Under the pieces are notes generated by a model that saw only the letters and a program-made list of their open reading frames with translations, searched no databases and was not told where the DNA came from. This document shows, one piece after another, positions 16,902 to 26,155 of a stretch of DNA of 64,000 bases. The stretch is from Christensenellaceae bacterium (GTDB taxonomy: Bacteria; Bacillota; Clostridia; Christensenellales; Borkfalkiaceae). The stretch lies in NCBI GenBank assembly GCA_045637865.1, contig JAZUAF010000009.1, positions 1,059 through 65,058 of the forward strand. The letters run 5' to 3'. How positions within the stretch are numbered: position 1 is the first letter of the stretch; every line of letters starts with the position of its first letter. A program made the position numbers and the translations under genes.

Positions 16902-19343
16902 ATGAAAAAGAAATTATTATTAATCGCAAGTTTAATTTTAGTTGTGCTTTGCTCTATCTTCGGCTTAACAGCTTGCAATACGCCAGCTGATAATTATAAA
17001 GAGTATTCTAAGGACTTATCTTATGTTTTAATAAATAACGATATCGAATATAATGTAACGGGCATTGGCGCTTGTGCTGATACCGATATTATTATCCCCT
17101 CAACCTACAACGGCAAACCTGTAACAAGTATAGGTGAGGGTGCGTTTGAACATTGCGATTCATTAACAAGTATAGTAATACCCGATAGTGTAACAAGTAT
17201 AGGTGAGGAGGCGTTCTGTAATTGCGATTCATTAACAAGTATAGTAATACCCGATAGTGTAACAAGTATAGGTTCTTCTGCGTTTGCTAGTTGCAATAAT
17301 TTAACTTATAATGTAAAGGATGGGTTAAAATATTTAGGCAATGATACAAATAAATATTTGTACTTAGCTGGTGCAGAAAGCACAAGTATTACCTCTTCAA
17401 TTATTGATGAAAATTGTCGTTTTATCGGCACAAATGCGTTCTATGAATGCGTCTCCTTAACAACGGTAAAAATGCCAAACAATATAATATGTATCGATTC
17501 TTGGGCATTTGCTTCTTGTACATCATTGACAGAGGTGGTTTTGCCAAGCAGTTTAACAAGTATTGGGGAAATGGCATTTGATGGTTGTACTTCATTAGCA
17601 AGCATAGTGATGGGAAATAATGTAGCAAGTATTGGAGAAAAAGCATTTAATGAATGTACTTCATTAACAGGCATAGTAATGGGAAATAAAGTAACTAGCA
17701 TAGGCAAAAATGCGTTCTATAATTGCAATTCATTAGAAAGTATAGTAATACCAGAAAGTGTAACAAGTATAGGAGAAAAGGTCTTTGATGGTTGTAGTAA
17801 ATTAAATTATAACGTTAAAAACGGACTAAAATATTTGGGCAATGAAGACAATAATTATTTGTATCTAGCAGGTGTAGATTGTGCAGGTATAATGTTTGCA
17901 ACGGTTGATAATAGTTGTAGATTTATCGGTGATTCTGCATTCAGAAAGTGCAAAGCATTAATAAGCGTAGAAATACCAAACAGTGTAACAAGTATAGGTG
18001 AATATGCGTTCTATGATTGCAGTTCATTAACAAGCGTAGTAATAGGGAATGGAGTAACAAGTATAGGTTATTCTGCATTCAGTGGGTGCAGTTCATTAAT
18101 AAGCGTAGAAATACCAGACAGTGTAATAAGTATAGGATATAGTGTCTTTTATAGGTGTACTAATCTACAAAAAGCAACTTTGCCATTTGTAGGCGAAACG
18201 AAAAATGGCAGTAACAATACGCATTTTGGATATATTTTTGGCGCAGGCTCGTTTGGTGGTAATTCTGATTGTGTGCCAGCATCCTTAAAAGAAGTAGTAA
18301 TAACTAGCGATGAAAATATAGACCCCGACGCATTCTTTGGTTGTGCTTCATTAACAAGTATAGTAATACCAAACAGTGTAACAAGTATAGGTTCGAGTAC
18401 GTTCTTTAATTGCAGTTCATTAACAAGTATAGTAATACCAAACAGTGTAACAAGTATAGGTGCTTGTGCGTTCTATGATTGCAAATCATTAACAAGCGTA
18501 GTAATACCAGACAGCGTAACAAGTATAGGTGTTGGTGCGTTCTCTGGTTGTACTTCATTACAATATAATGTAAAAAATGGACTAAAATATTTAGGTAATG
18601 ATAAAAACCAATATCTATATTTAGAAGGTGAACAAAACTCAAATATAACAACTGCAACAATTGATAGTAATTGTAAAATTATAGGCGTTCGAGCGTTCTA
18701 TTATTGCACTTCATTAACAAGCGTATTGATAGGAAATGGTGTAACAAGTATAGATGATTCTGCGTTCGCTTATTGCAAATCATTAACAAGAATAGTAATA
18801 CCAAACAGTGTAACAAGTATAGGTGAGGGTGCGTTTGAACATTGCGATTCATTAACAAGTATAGTAATACCCGATAGTGTAACAAGTATAGGTGAGGAGG
18901 CGTTCAATGGTTGTCCTATTGAAACAGCTACAATACCAACAACAGCAATATCATCAATACCAACATCGTGCTTAAGAACGGTTGTTATAAGCGGTGGTAC
19001 AAGTATAGGTAAATTTGCGTTCTCTGATTGCTATGCATTAACAAGCATTGAAATTCCGGATAGTGTAATAAGTATAGGTAATTCTGCGTTCTCTGATTGC
19101 TATGCATTAACAAGCATTGAAATACCGAATAGTGTAACAAGTATAGGTAATACTGCGTTCTATAATTGCAGTTCATTAACAAGCATTGAAATTCCGGATA
19201 GTGTAATAAGTATAGGTAATTCTGCGTTCTATTGTTGTGATTCGTTAACACTTTACTGTGAGGCTGAAAGTAAGCCAAGTGGATGGAGTGGTGCCTGGAA
19301 CCCTGATAACAGACCTGTTGTTTGGGGATATAAAGGTAATTAA
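16902..19343 (+). CDS. BspA-type leucine-rich-repeat surface lipoprotein
   Basis: It has a signal peptide with a lipobox (LCSIFGLTAC). About 25 repeats of roughly 23 aa follow the pattern IP.SVTSIG..AF..C.SLTSI. A conserved C-terminal tail is present (KPSGWSGAWNPDNRPVVWGY). Confidence 0.85.
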   Translation: MKKKLLLIASLILVVLCSIFGLTACNTPADNYKEYSKDLSYVLINNDIEYNVTGIGACADTDIIIPSTYNGKPVTSIGEGAFEHCDSLTSIVIPDSVTSIGEEAFCNCDSLTSIVIPDSVTSIGSSAFASCNNLTYNVKDGLKYLGNDTNKYLYLAGAESTSITSSIIDENCRFIGTNAFYECVSLTTVKMPNNIICIDSWAFASCTSLTEVVLPSSLTSIGEMAFDGCTSLASIVMGNNVASIGEKAFNECTSLTGIVMGNKVTSIGKNAFYNCNSLESIVIPESVTSIGEKVFDGCSKLNYNVKNGLKYLGNEDNNYLYLAGVDCAGIMFATVDNSCRFIGDSAFRKCKALISVEIPNSVTSIGEYAFYDCSSLTSVVIGNGVTSIGYSAFSGCSSLISVEIPDSVISIGYSVFYRCTNLQKATLPFVGETKNGSNNTHFGYIFGAGSFGGNSDCVPASLKEVVITSDENIDPDAFFGCASLTSIVIPNSVTSIGSSTFFNCSSLTSIVIPNSVTSIGACAFYDCKSLTSVVIPDSVTSIGVGAFSGCTSLQYNVKNGLKYLGNDKNQYLYLEGEQNSNITTATIDSNCKIIGVRAFYYCTSLTSVLIGNGVTSIDDSAFAYCKSLTRIVIPNSVTSIGEGAFEHCDSLTSIVIPDSVTSIGEEAFNGCPIETATIPTTAISSIPTSCLRTVVISGGTSIGKFAFSDCYALTSIEIPDSVISIGNSAFSDCYALTSIEIPNSVTSIGNTAFYNCSSLTSIEIPDSVISIGNSAFYCCDSLTLYCEAESKPSGWSGAWNPDNRPVVWGYKGN
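17120..17216 (+). repeat. Copy 1 of a 97-nt perfect intragenic direct repeat
   Basis: Identical base for base to 18809-18905. It encodes VTSIGEGAFEHCDSLTSIVIPDSVTSIGEEAF. Confidence 0.95.
18809..18905 (+). repeat. Copy 2 of the 97-nt perfect intragenic direct repeat
   Basis: Identical to 17120-17216 and 1689 nt downstream in the same reading frame. Confidence 0.95.
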
Positions 19344-19362
19344 GTTTAATAAAAAGGTAAAA

Positions 19363-19389
19363 AAGGCGATTTTTTTAGTCGCCTTTTTT
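19363..19389 (+). terminator. Intrinsic terminator after the LRR gene
   Basis: AAGGCGA (19363-19369) / TCGCCTT (19379-19385) followed by a T-run. Confidence 0.75.
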
Positions 19390-19404
19390 GTATGATAAAA
19401 CAAG

Positions 19405-19694
19405 TGTCATATAGACTGAGCTTACTACATATTCTCCATTTTGTCATACCGACTGAGGGTGCGTTAGCAACCGAATGGAGTGTATCTAATAGAGTTATAT
19501 TTTTAGACTGCGTCTAAAAGTTAGATTGCTAACGCAGTTATATTTTGACCTATCGGTCAAAGTGATATTTTCAACCTCTTTGAGATACACTCTGGCTTCG
19601 CTCGGTATGACAAGGGGGGTAGAGATACGCTCCACTCAGACACAATGTGTCCTCGGTCGGTATGACAAAGGGAGCGAGGTGGTTGGTATGACAA
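19405..19694. repeat. Nest of direct and inverted repeats (REP/MITE-like intergenic element cluster)
   Basis: GGTATGACAA occurs at 19604, 19659 and 19685, and inverted at 19441-19450. TGTCATA..GACTGAG occurs at 19405 and 19442. GAGTGTATCT (19478) pairs with AGATACACTC (19583). GCGTTAGCAA (19461) pairs with TTGCTAACGC (19526). Small hairpins lie at 19502-19518 and 19545-19560. Confidence 0.8.
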
Positions 19695-19730
19695 ATAAAA
19701 AAGGCTAGCGAAAAAATTTTCGTTAGCCTT
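19695..19730 (-). terminator. Intrinsic terminator of the SDR gene (bidirectional shape)
   Basis: AGGCTAGCG (19702-19710) / CGTTAGCCT (19721-19729). The plus-strand A-run at 19696-19701 gives the minus-strand U-tract. Confidence 0.75.
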
Positions 19731-19750
19731 TATAAATATTAGATTAATTA

Positions 19751-20575
19751 TTAATCAACAAACACGTCTTTCATCATATCAAGTTTAGCTCTTTTTAGCA
19801 CGAATGCCATTAGTTTTGAGGTTAATTTTGGAAAATGCTTTCCACCAAAATTTAAGAAACCCCCTCCAAAGCCGAACACTATATTTTTGCGTTTGTTCTT
19901 TATTTTTCTAACCATTATTTTAGTTGCTTTATTTAGTGGAGTACTCATTTTGTCAACTAAGGAGTCACCGTCGTTCTCTCCTTTAGTTCTAGCCATAATA
20001 TCCGTTTTAATAAAGCCTGGATAAACGCCTGCAACGTATATTTTTTTATTTTCGAGAGCTATAGTTTGTGTAAAACCACGCACTGCGTATTTGGTTGCTG
20101 TGTACATACTTTGCCCGATTACTGCTGCCACCCCCGATGCGCTCGAAACGTTTATTATAGCAGGAGTTTTAGATTTTTTAAGCAGTGGCATAAGGGCTTT
20201 AGTGCCGTATACAACGCTTAAAAAGTTTGTGTGGGTAATTTCTTCAATCTCTTGATAGGAATAATTTTCCGCCTTGTTCCAAGGAAGGATAAAGCCTGCA
20301 TTATTTATAAGCAAGTCTGGAAAGATAGAATTATCTTCTAAAAATTTAGCAAAGTTTATCCAGTTTTCCTTAATAGAAACATCAAAAAGCCTATAAGAAA
20401 AGTTTGTTTTTTTATCCCCTAATAGTTCTATATTTTTTAGAATTTTTTCTTCGTTTCTAGCGATTGCAATAATTCTGCAATTAAATTTTTCTATTAAGGC
20501 TTTGGCTAGGGAAAAGCCTATCCCACCACTTGCGCCCGTTATTATAACCGTTTTATTTCTTAGCCAGTTTTTCAT
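19751..20575 (-). CDS. Short-chain dehydrogenase/reductase (SDR) family oxidoreductase
   Basis: It carries TGASGGIG cofactor motif, NNAG, and a YxxxK catalytic pair (YTATK). The start is set at MKNWL... The GTG 21 nt upstream is possible, and neither start has a clear SD. Confidence 0.8.
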   Translation of the reverse strand: MKNWLRNKTVIITGASGGIGFSLAKALIEKFNCRIIAIARNEEKILKNIELLGDKKTNFSYRLFDVSIKENWINFAKFLEDNSIFPDLLINNAGFILPWNKAENYSYQEIEEITHTNFLSVVYGTKALMPLLKKSKTPAIINVSSASGVAAVIGQSMYTATKYAVRGFTQTIALENKKIYVAGVYPGFIKTDIMARTKGENDGDSLVDKMSTPLNKATKIMVRKIKNKRKNIVFGFGGGFLNFGGKHFPKLTSKLMAFVLKRAKLDMMKDVFVD

Positions 20576-20652
20576 ATTAAAAGTATAACACGTCACAAAA
20601 ATATATGCAACAAAAATATTAAAAAAGGGGCTTAAGTATTTATAATACTTAC

Positions 20653-20681
20653 TTGAAATAAAAGAGCTTATGTGATATAAT
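20653..20681 (+). promoter_or_regulatory. Extended -10 sigma-A promoter of the M20 (CPG2-like) gene, preceded by a palindrome
   Basis: TTGAAA (20653-20658), 17-nt spacer ending TGa, TATAAT (20676-20681). The palindrome AAGTATT-TAT-AATACTT lies at 20634-20650. Confidence 0.6.
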
Positions 20682-20721
20682 TATTATTAATATGCTATAG
20701 ACGTTTTGGAGAGTTTTGTAT

Positions 20722-21876
20722 ATGAAAAAAGTGTTTAGTAAAATTGATGAATTATTTGATGAATATCTTTCTGTTTGGGAGGACGTTTGTAATATAGAAA
20801 GCCCCACAAACTACAAAAAAGGAGTTGATGAGGTTGGCGAATATTTTGTTAAAATCGCAAAAAAACTTGGATTTAATGTAGAGGTTTTTCCACAGGAGGT
20901 TTCGGGAAACGTTGTTGCTATCACTATGAACGAAAATTCGAAAAAGCCCCCTGTTAGTCTTTCGGGACATATGGATACCGTGCACGCTTTAGGCTCATTT
21001 GGTACGCCAGCTGTAAAAATTAATGACGGCAAAATTTACGGCCCTGGGGTTATGGACTGCAAAGGGGGAATCGTTGCGGGACTACTTGCTATGCACGCTC
21101 TAAAAGAGTGTGGTTACATCGATAGACCGATAATGCTACTACTGCAAAGTGATGAAGAAAACAGTAGTCTAACTAGCAACAAAGCAACTATAAATTACAT
21201 TTGCGAAAGAGCCAAAGGTTCTATAGCATTCTTAAATCTCGAGGGATATGAAAGTTATTTTAAAAACTATGGCTGTATTGAAAGAAAGGGAATAATAACC
21301 TATAAGTTCATTGTTAAAGGAATAGAAGCGCATGCGTCTTTATGTGCTGAAAAAGGTGCCAGTGCAATAGCAGAGGCTTGCCACAAAATTTTGGAAATAG
21401 AAAAAATTAAGGATGCAAACGGCATAACTTGTAACGTTGGAGTTATAAATGGTGGCAAGGTGCCAAACACTGTTGCAGGTGAATGTTGTTTTTTAGTTGA
21501 CGTTAGGTTTAATAACGAAGAACAAGAAAAGTTTGTTCACGAAAAGTTTAAGGAAATTGCTGGCACAAACTTTAATAAAAATTGCAGTTGCGAGTTAGAG
21601 CTATTAAACGTTCGTATCGCAATGCCACTCGTTGATAGAAATGTAGATTTACTTAATAAAATAAACAATATTTATGCTGAAAACGGTTTTGATACTCTTG
21701 CTATCGGCAAGCGTAAGGGTGGCTCAGACGCTGCATACGCCACAGCTTACGGAATACCCGTTGTGGATTCACTAGGGGTGCAAGGGGAGTATGCTCACTC
21801 TACTTTAGAAGAGGCAGAAATAGCTTCATTATCAGAATCTGCAAAAAAAATTGCGGCAGTAATAGTAAATATTTAG
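20722..21876 (+). CDS. M20 family peptidase (glutamate carboxypeptidase/CPG2-like)
   Basis: ATG 20722 has a GGAGAG RBS 8 nt upstream. M20 blocks are present (SGHMDTV, GVMDCKGG, QSDEENSS, GGSDAAY). Confidence 0.8.
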   Translation: MKKVFSKIDELFDEYLSVWEDVCNIESPTNYKKGVDEVGEYFVKIAKKLGFNVEVFPQEVSGNVVAITMNENSKKPPVSLSGHMDTVHALGSFGTPAVKINDGKIYGPGVMDCKGGIVAGLLAMHALKECGYIDRPIMLLLQSDEENSSLTSNKATINYICERAKGSIAFLNLEGYESYFKNYGCIERKGIITYKFIVKGIEAHASLCAEKGASAIAEACHKILEIEKIKDANGITCNVGVINGGKVPNTVAGECCFLVDVRFNNEEQEKFVHEKFKEIAGTNFNKNCSCELELLNVRIAMPLVDRNVDLLNKINNIYAENGFDTLAIGKRKGGSDAAYATAYGIPVVDSLGVQGEYAHSTLEEAEIASLSESAKKIAAVIVNI

Positions 21877-21888
21877 GAACCTTTCATA

Positions 21889-24135
21889 ATGGTAGACGTA
21901 AAAGAACTAATTAAAACGTTAAATGAAGAGCAAATTAAACCCGTTCTCGATACCGAGGGCGCAGTTTTGGTTATAGCTGGTGCAGGAAGTGGAAAAACGA
22001 GAGTTTTAACCACGAGAATTTCCTATCTCGTTCAAGAAAAGGGCGTATCTCCTGCCAATATTTTGGCTATAACCTTTACTAATAAAGCCGCAGGGGAAAT
22101 GAAAGAGAGACTCACCAAGATTATTGGTGAAATTTCTGAAATGTGGGTTTCAACAATCCACAGTATGTGCGTTAAAATTTTAAGAAGCACGATAGATAAA
22201 CTCGGCTACGACAAAAATTTTACTATCTACGACGAAACGGATAAAGATAAGGCGATAAAGCGCATTATTGCAGACCTTAACCTAGATACGGATAAGTACT
22301 TAAAACTTGCTAAGGGGGAGATTTCACGTGCTAAAAACGACTGTGTTTCCCCAGAAGAGTTTGCTTCTTGCTATCCTGAGCTCACTTTTAGTGAGGAGAT
22401 TGCAAAAATTTATTCTACATACGAAGATTCGCTCTCTCGTTCCAATTGTCTTGATTTTGATGATTTACTCTTTAAGACGTATATTCTTTTTAGAGATTTC
22501 CCTGAGATTGCCGACTATTACTCAAACAAATTCAAGTATATACACATAGATGAGTTTCAGGACACTAATAGGGTGCAATTTGCCATTTGTCAAAGGCTTT
22601 CCATTAAGCACGGAAACATTTTTGTAGTTGGAGACGACGACCAGAGTATTTACGGCTGGCGCGGTGCTAAAATTGAAAATATTTTATCCTTTGACGACGT
22701 TTATAGGGGAGCGAAAATTTATAAACTTCAAAAAAATTACCGTTCATCTAAAAAGATTCTAGAGCTTGCCAACTGTATTATAAGAAACAACCGTAAGAGA
22801 AGACAAAAAGAACTTTACACGGATAACGATGCAGGGGTTAGAATTGAAACTTTCGTTGGAAGCGACGAGAACGAAGAGGCAACCTTTACTGCTCTTCAAA
22901 TTAAAAGCCTTATGGACAGAACCGACCTAAGGTACAAAGATTTTGCAATTTTTATGAGGATTAACGCACTTTCTCGTGCATACGAACAGGAATTTACAAA
23001 GTACGGCATTCCTTATAAAGTTTTCGGTGGGTTTAGGTTCTTTGAAAGAAAGGAGATTAAGGACGTTTTAAGCTATCTTAAAATTATAAATAACCGTTTT
23101 GACGACGAATCTTTTATGAGGTGCGTTTCCACCCCAAAGAGGGGAATTGGCGACAAGACCTTAACCGAGCTTAGAGAGTACGCTACGGGGAAAGGTGTTT
23201 CAATGTACGAGGCACTTGATATTTTAGATTTTTCACCCATTACGGGTGCTACGAAAAATAAGCTCTTTAATTTTAAGCTTTTGCTCAATGAATTTAGAGA
23301 ATACGCTAACACACATTCGGTTGCAGACCTTATAGAGCACGTTTTAAAAGTTACGAATTTTTTAGACCAGTTTAACGATAAAACGGAAGAAAGCAACTCT
23401 AAAATTTATAATATATCCGAACTTAAGAACTCGGCTGAGAGTTTTGAAAAGGATAACCCAGGCACAAATCTTGCAGACTATTTGAATTCTGTAACCTTAA
23501 GCTCTGATACCGATGAGATTGCAGATGGAAACGCTGTTACCGTTGCAACCATTCACGCAGCAAAAGGTTTAGAGTATAAATGTGTTTTCGTTGCAGGGCT
23601 TGATGAAAAGGTTATTCCCATTGCGAGAAGTATGGGCAGTGACGACGAATTAGAGGAAGAACGCCGTCTTATGTACGTTGCCGTAACTAGAGCTAAGCAA
23701 AGACTTTATCTCACCAGGGCGACCAGTAGATATATGTACGGCAGGCGTGAGTTTATGACGCAATCTCGATTCCTAAAAGAGGGAAGAGAGGTGTTATCTC
23801 CCGAAGTTAAAAAACCCGATTATCAGCAAGGGGATAGAATTTCTACCCCTAGATACGGCTTCTCTCAAGGTGACGAATACGGTGAGCCGAGAAATACTGG
23901 GGGATATTCTTCGGGATATGCTAAAAGCTTTTTGAATCAGGGAAAGCTTAAGGCAAACAAGGGCGCTGAATATGGGAAATATAGAAGTGGTGTTATGGTT
24001 AAACACGCAAAATTTGGCGTGGGCACCGTTATTATGGTTAAAGGCGAGGGTGATAATATCATCGTTGACGTTGCATTCAAGGGCGTCGGCATAAAATCAT
24101 TATCGGTGAAATTTGCACCAATGGAAATCGTGTAG
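21889..24135 (+). CDS. pcrA: ATP-dependent DNA helicase PcrA/UvrD
   Basis: SF1 helicase motifs are present: AGAGSGKTRVLT, HIDEFQDTN, GDDDQSIYGWRGA, NYRSSKKIL, TIHAAKGLEY, YVAVTRAK. Confidence 0.95.
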   Translation: MVDVKELIKTLNEEQIKPVLDTEGAVLVIAGAGSGKTRVLTTRISYLVQEKGVSPANILAITFTNKAAGEMKERLTKIIGEISEMWVSTIHSMCVKILRSTIDKLGYDKNFTIYDETDKDKAIKRIIADLNLDTDKYLKLAKGEISRAKNDCVSPEEFASCYPELTFSEEIAKIYSTYEDSLSRSNCLDFDDLLFKTYILFRDFPEIADYYSNKFKYIHIDEFQDTNRVQFAICQRLSIKHGNIFVVGDDDQSIYGWRGAKIENILSFDDVYRGAKIYKLQKNYRSSKKILELANCIIRNNRKRRQKELYTDNDAGVRIETFVGSDENEEATFTALQIKSLMDRTDLRYKDFAIFMRINALSRAYEQEFTKYGIPYKVFGGFRFFERKEIKDVLSYLKIINNRFDDESFMRCVSTPKRGIGDKTLTELREYATGKGVSMYEALDILDFSPITGATKNKLFNFKLLLNEFREYANTHSVADLIEHVLKVTNFLDQFNDKTEESNSKIYNISELKNSAESFEKDNPGTNLADYLNSVTLSSDTDEIADGNAVTVATIHAAKGLEYKCVFVAGLDEKVIPIARSMGSDDELEEERRLMYVAVTRAKQRLYLTRATSRYMYGRREFMTQSRFLKEGREVLSPEVKKPDYQQGDRISTPRYGFSQGDEYGEPRNTGGYSSGYAKSFLNQGKLKANKGAEYGKYRSGVMVKHAKFGVGTVIMVKGEGDNIIVDVAFKGVGIKSLSVKFAPMEIV

Positions 24136-24144
24136 AGGTTTATT

Positions 24145-26091
24145 ATGGATGAAATGCAAAATCTAGTTAAAATCTTAAATAAATATGCGCACGAATATTA
24201 CGTTTTAGATAACCCGACCGTTTCGGATAAAGAATACGATGCGCTCTATGATAAGCTCGTTAAATTGGAAAAGGAAACGGGCGTAATTCTATTTGATTCT
24301 CCAACGAGAAGAGTCGGGGGAGAGCCTATTTCTGCATTCAAGAAACATAAGCATATAAAGAGATTATATAGCCTTGATAAAGCGACTTCCACTGACGAGC
24401 TCTATGCTTTTGAAAAGAGGATTAATAAGTTGGGCGAGGTGCTTGAATATACCGTGGAGTACAAGTTTGACGGATTGACCATCTGCTTAACTTATGAAAA
24501 CGGTAAATTCGTGAGGGCAACTACTAGAGGTAACGGAACCGAGGGAGAGGACGTTACTGCACAGGTTCTTACTGTGAAAAGCTTTCCACTTGTTATTGAT
24601 TATAAGGGCACTATTGAAGTGCAAGGCGAGGCGATTATGCGCCTTTCCGTTCTAAAAAAATATAACGAAACGGCAGAAGAACCGTTAAAAAATGCCCGCA
24701 ATGCTGTTGCTGGGGCGATTAGGAATTTAGACCCCTCCATTACGGAAAAAAGAAGGGTTGAGATAATGTTCTATAACGTAAACTATCTCTCTGAGGGGAC
24801 GCTTTCTTCTCAAACGGAATGTGTACAGTTCTTAAAAGATAATGGCTTCAAGGTGCATCCTTTCCTAAAAAAATGCAGGGGAATAGAAGAGGTGGTTTTA
24901 GCTATTGAAGAAATTGATAAAACCAGAAAGGAGCTAGATATATTAACCGACGGAGCAGTTGTCAAATTAAACAATTTTGCTCTTCGAGAAGAGCTCGGTG
25001 CAACGGATAAATTTCCACGTTGGGCAATGGCTTATAAGTTCGAGGCAGAGGAAGTCACCACCATCGTTCGCGACGTTGTTTGGCAAGTTGGAAGAACTGG
25101 TAAACTTACTCCTCTCGGAATTGTAGACCCGGTAGAACTTTCGGGTGCAACTGTTAAAAAAGCCACTCTCAATAACTATGGTGACCTCTTAAGAAAGGGG
25201 GTTAAAATTAATTCGAGGGTATTGATTAGGAGAAGTAACGAGGTCATCCCAGAAATTTTAGGAACGACGGAATATTATAAGGACAGCAAGGAAGTTGCAA
25301 AGCCCGTTCTTTGTCCGTACTGTGGGCAGGAATTAAGGGAAATAGGCGCAAACATATTCTGCCAAAATGAAGACTGCTTGCCGAGAATCACTTCTAGGCT
25401 CACCAATTTTGCTTGTAAAAACGGTGTTAATATAGAGGGCTTTTCTGAGATGACTGCCGAGCTTTTAGCTAGGTCGTTCGGGGTTAAAAGCTTTAGCGAT
25501 TTATATTGCTTAGATAAGGAAAAAGTTTTGGCACTAGAGGGATTTAAGGAGGCAAAAACCGATAACCTTTTTACGGCAATAGAAAAGTCGAAAAAAGTAG
25601 AGTTTGCAAACTTTATTTACGCCTTAGGAATAGACGGTGTAGGGAAGAAAACGGCAAAGGATTTAGCAAAGCACTATCGTAGTCTTGAAAATCTAGTTAG
25701 GGCGACGGAGGACGACCTTTTAACCATTCCTGAAATTGGGGATATAATGGCTAAAAACATTTCAGATTTCTTTGCGAGCGAAAAAAACTTGGAAGAAATT
25801 GAAAAGCTAGTTTCGTTAGGTGTGAAAATTATCGAGGAAGAGGAGCAGAGTGCTAAGACAGGTGTTTTTACAGGAGAGAGGGTTGTTTTAACAGGTGCCT
25901 TAGAGGGCTTTAAGAGAGAGGAGGCAAGCAAGATTATTGAGGACCTAGGTGGAGAAATTGTTTCAAGCGTTTCTAAAAAGACAACTTTGGTGCTTGCAGG
26001 GGAAAGCGCAGGAAGTAAACTTGATAAGGCTAGGTCACTAGGTATAAAAATTATCGATGAAGAAACCTTTAAATCTCTTATAAAAACTTGA
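24145..26091 (+). CDS. ligA: NAD-dependent DNA ligase
   Basis: It has the adenylation motif EYKFDGLT, an OB fold, a Cys4 zinc finger (CPYCGQ...CQNEDC), HhH repeats and a C-terminal BRCT domain. Confidence 0.95.
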   Translation: MDEMQNLVKILNKYAHEYYVLDNPTVSDKEYDALYDKLVKLEKETGVILFDSPTRRVGGEPISAFKKHKHIKRLYSLDKATSTDELYAFEKRINKLGEVLEYTVEYKFDGLTICLTYENGKFVRATTRGNGTEGEDVTAQVLTVKSFPLVIDYKGTIEVQGEAIMRLSVLKKYNETAEEPLKNARNAVAGAIRNLDPSITEKRRVEIMFYNVNYLSEGTLSSQTECVQFLKDNGFKVHPFLKKCRGIEEVVLAIEEIDKTRKELDILTDGAVVKLNNFALREELGATDKFPRWAMAYKFEAEEVTTIVRDVVWQVGRTGKLTPLGIVDPVELSGATVKKATLNNYGDLLRKGVKINSRVLIRRSNEVIPEILGTTEYYKDSKEVAKPVLCPYCGQELREIGANIFCQNEDCLPRITSRLTNFACKNGVNIEGFSEMTAELLARSFGVKSFSDLYCLDKEKVLALEGFKEAKTDNLFTAIEKSKKVEFANFIYALGIDGVGKKTAKDLAKHYRSLENLVRATEDDLLTIPEIGDIMAKNISDFFASEKNLEEIEKLVSLGVKIIEEEEQSAKTGVFTGERVVLTGALEGFKREEASKIIEDLGGEIVSSVSKKTTLVLAGESAGSKLDKARSLGIKIIDEETFKSLIKT

Positions 26092-26155
26092 TAAAATAAT
26101 AAAGTTGTGGTAAAATTATTTAAATATAGGTAAAATTATCAAGGAACTGTTCTAA

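Noticed and set aside
17105-19278. Several 63-97-aa minus-strand ORFs inside the LRR gene, themselves repetitive (for example LLMKCN..RTQ..LYLLH).
   Set aside because: They are the antisense reading of the in-frame 69-nt LRR modules. Their repetitiveness is inherited from the sense strand, and the sense ORF is long, has a lipoprotein signal and is family-typical.
16902-19343. Regularly spaced ~69-nt repeats that could superficially resemble a CRISPR array.
   Set aside because: The repeats are contiguous with no unique spacers, are multiples of 3, and lie in one 813-codon ORF encoding LRR modules. No cas genes or leader are present.
19526-19708. 60-aa plus-strand ORF in the repeat nest downstream of the LRR gene.
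   Set aside because: It has no RBS and begins with a non-ATG codon. Its sequence is simply the translation of the GGTATGACAA-type repeats (GMTRG..., GRYDKG..., GMTNKK).
26109-26139. An 11-bp direct repeat GGTAAAATTAT (26109 and 26129) upstream of yicC, as a possible operator.
   Set aside because: It is short, AT-rich and overlaps likely -35/-10-like sequences. It cannot be distinguished from chance without comparative data.
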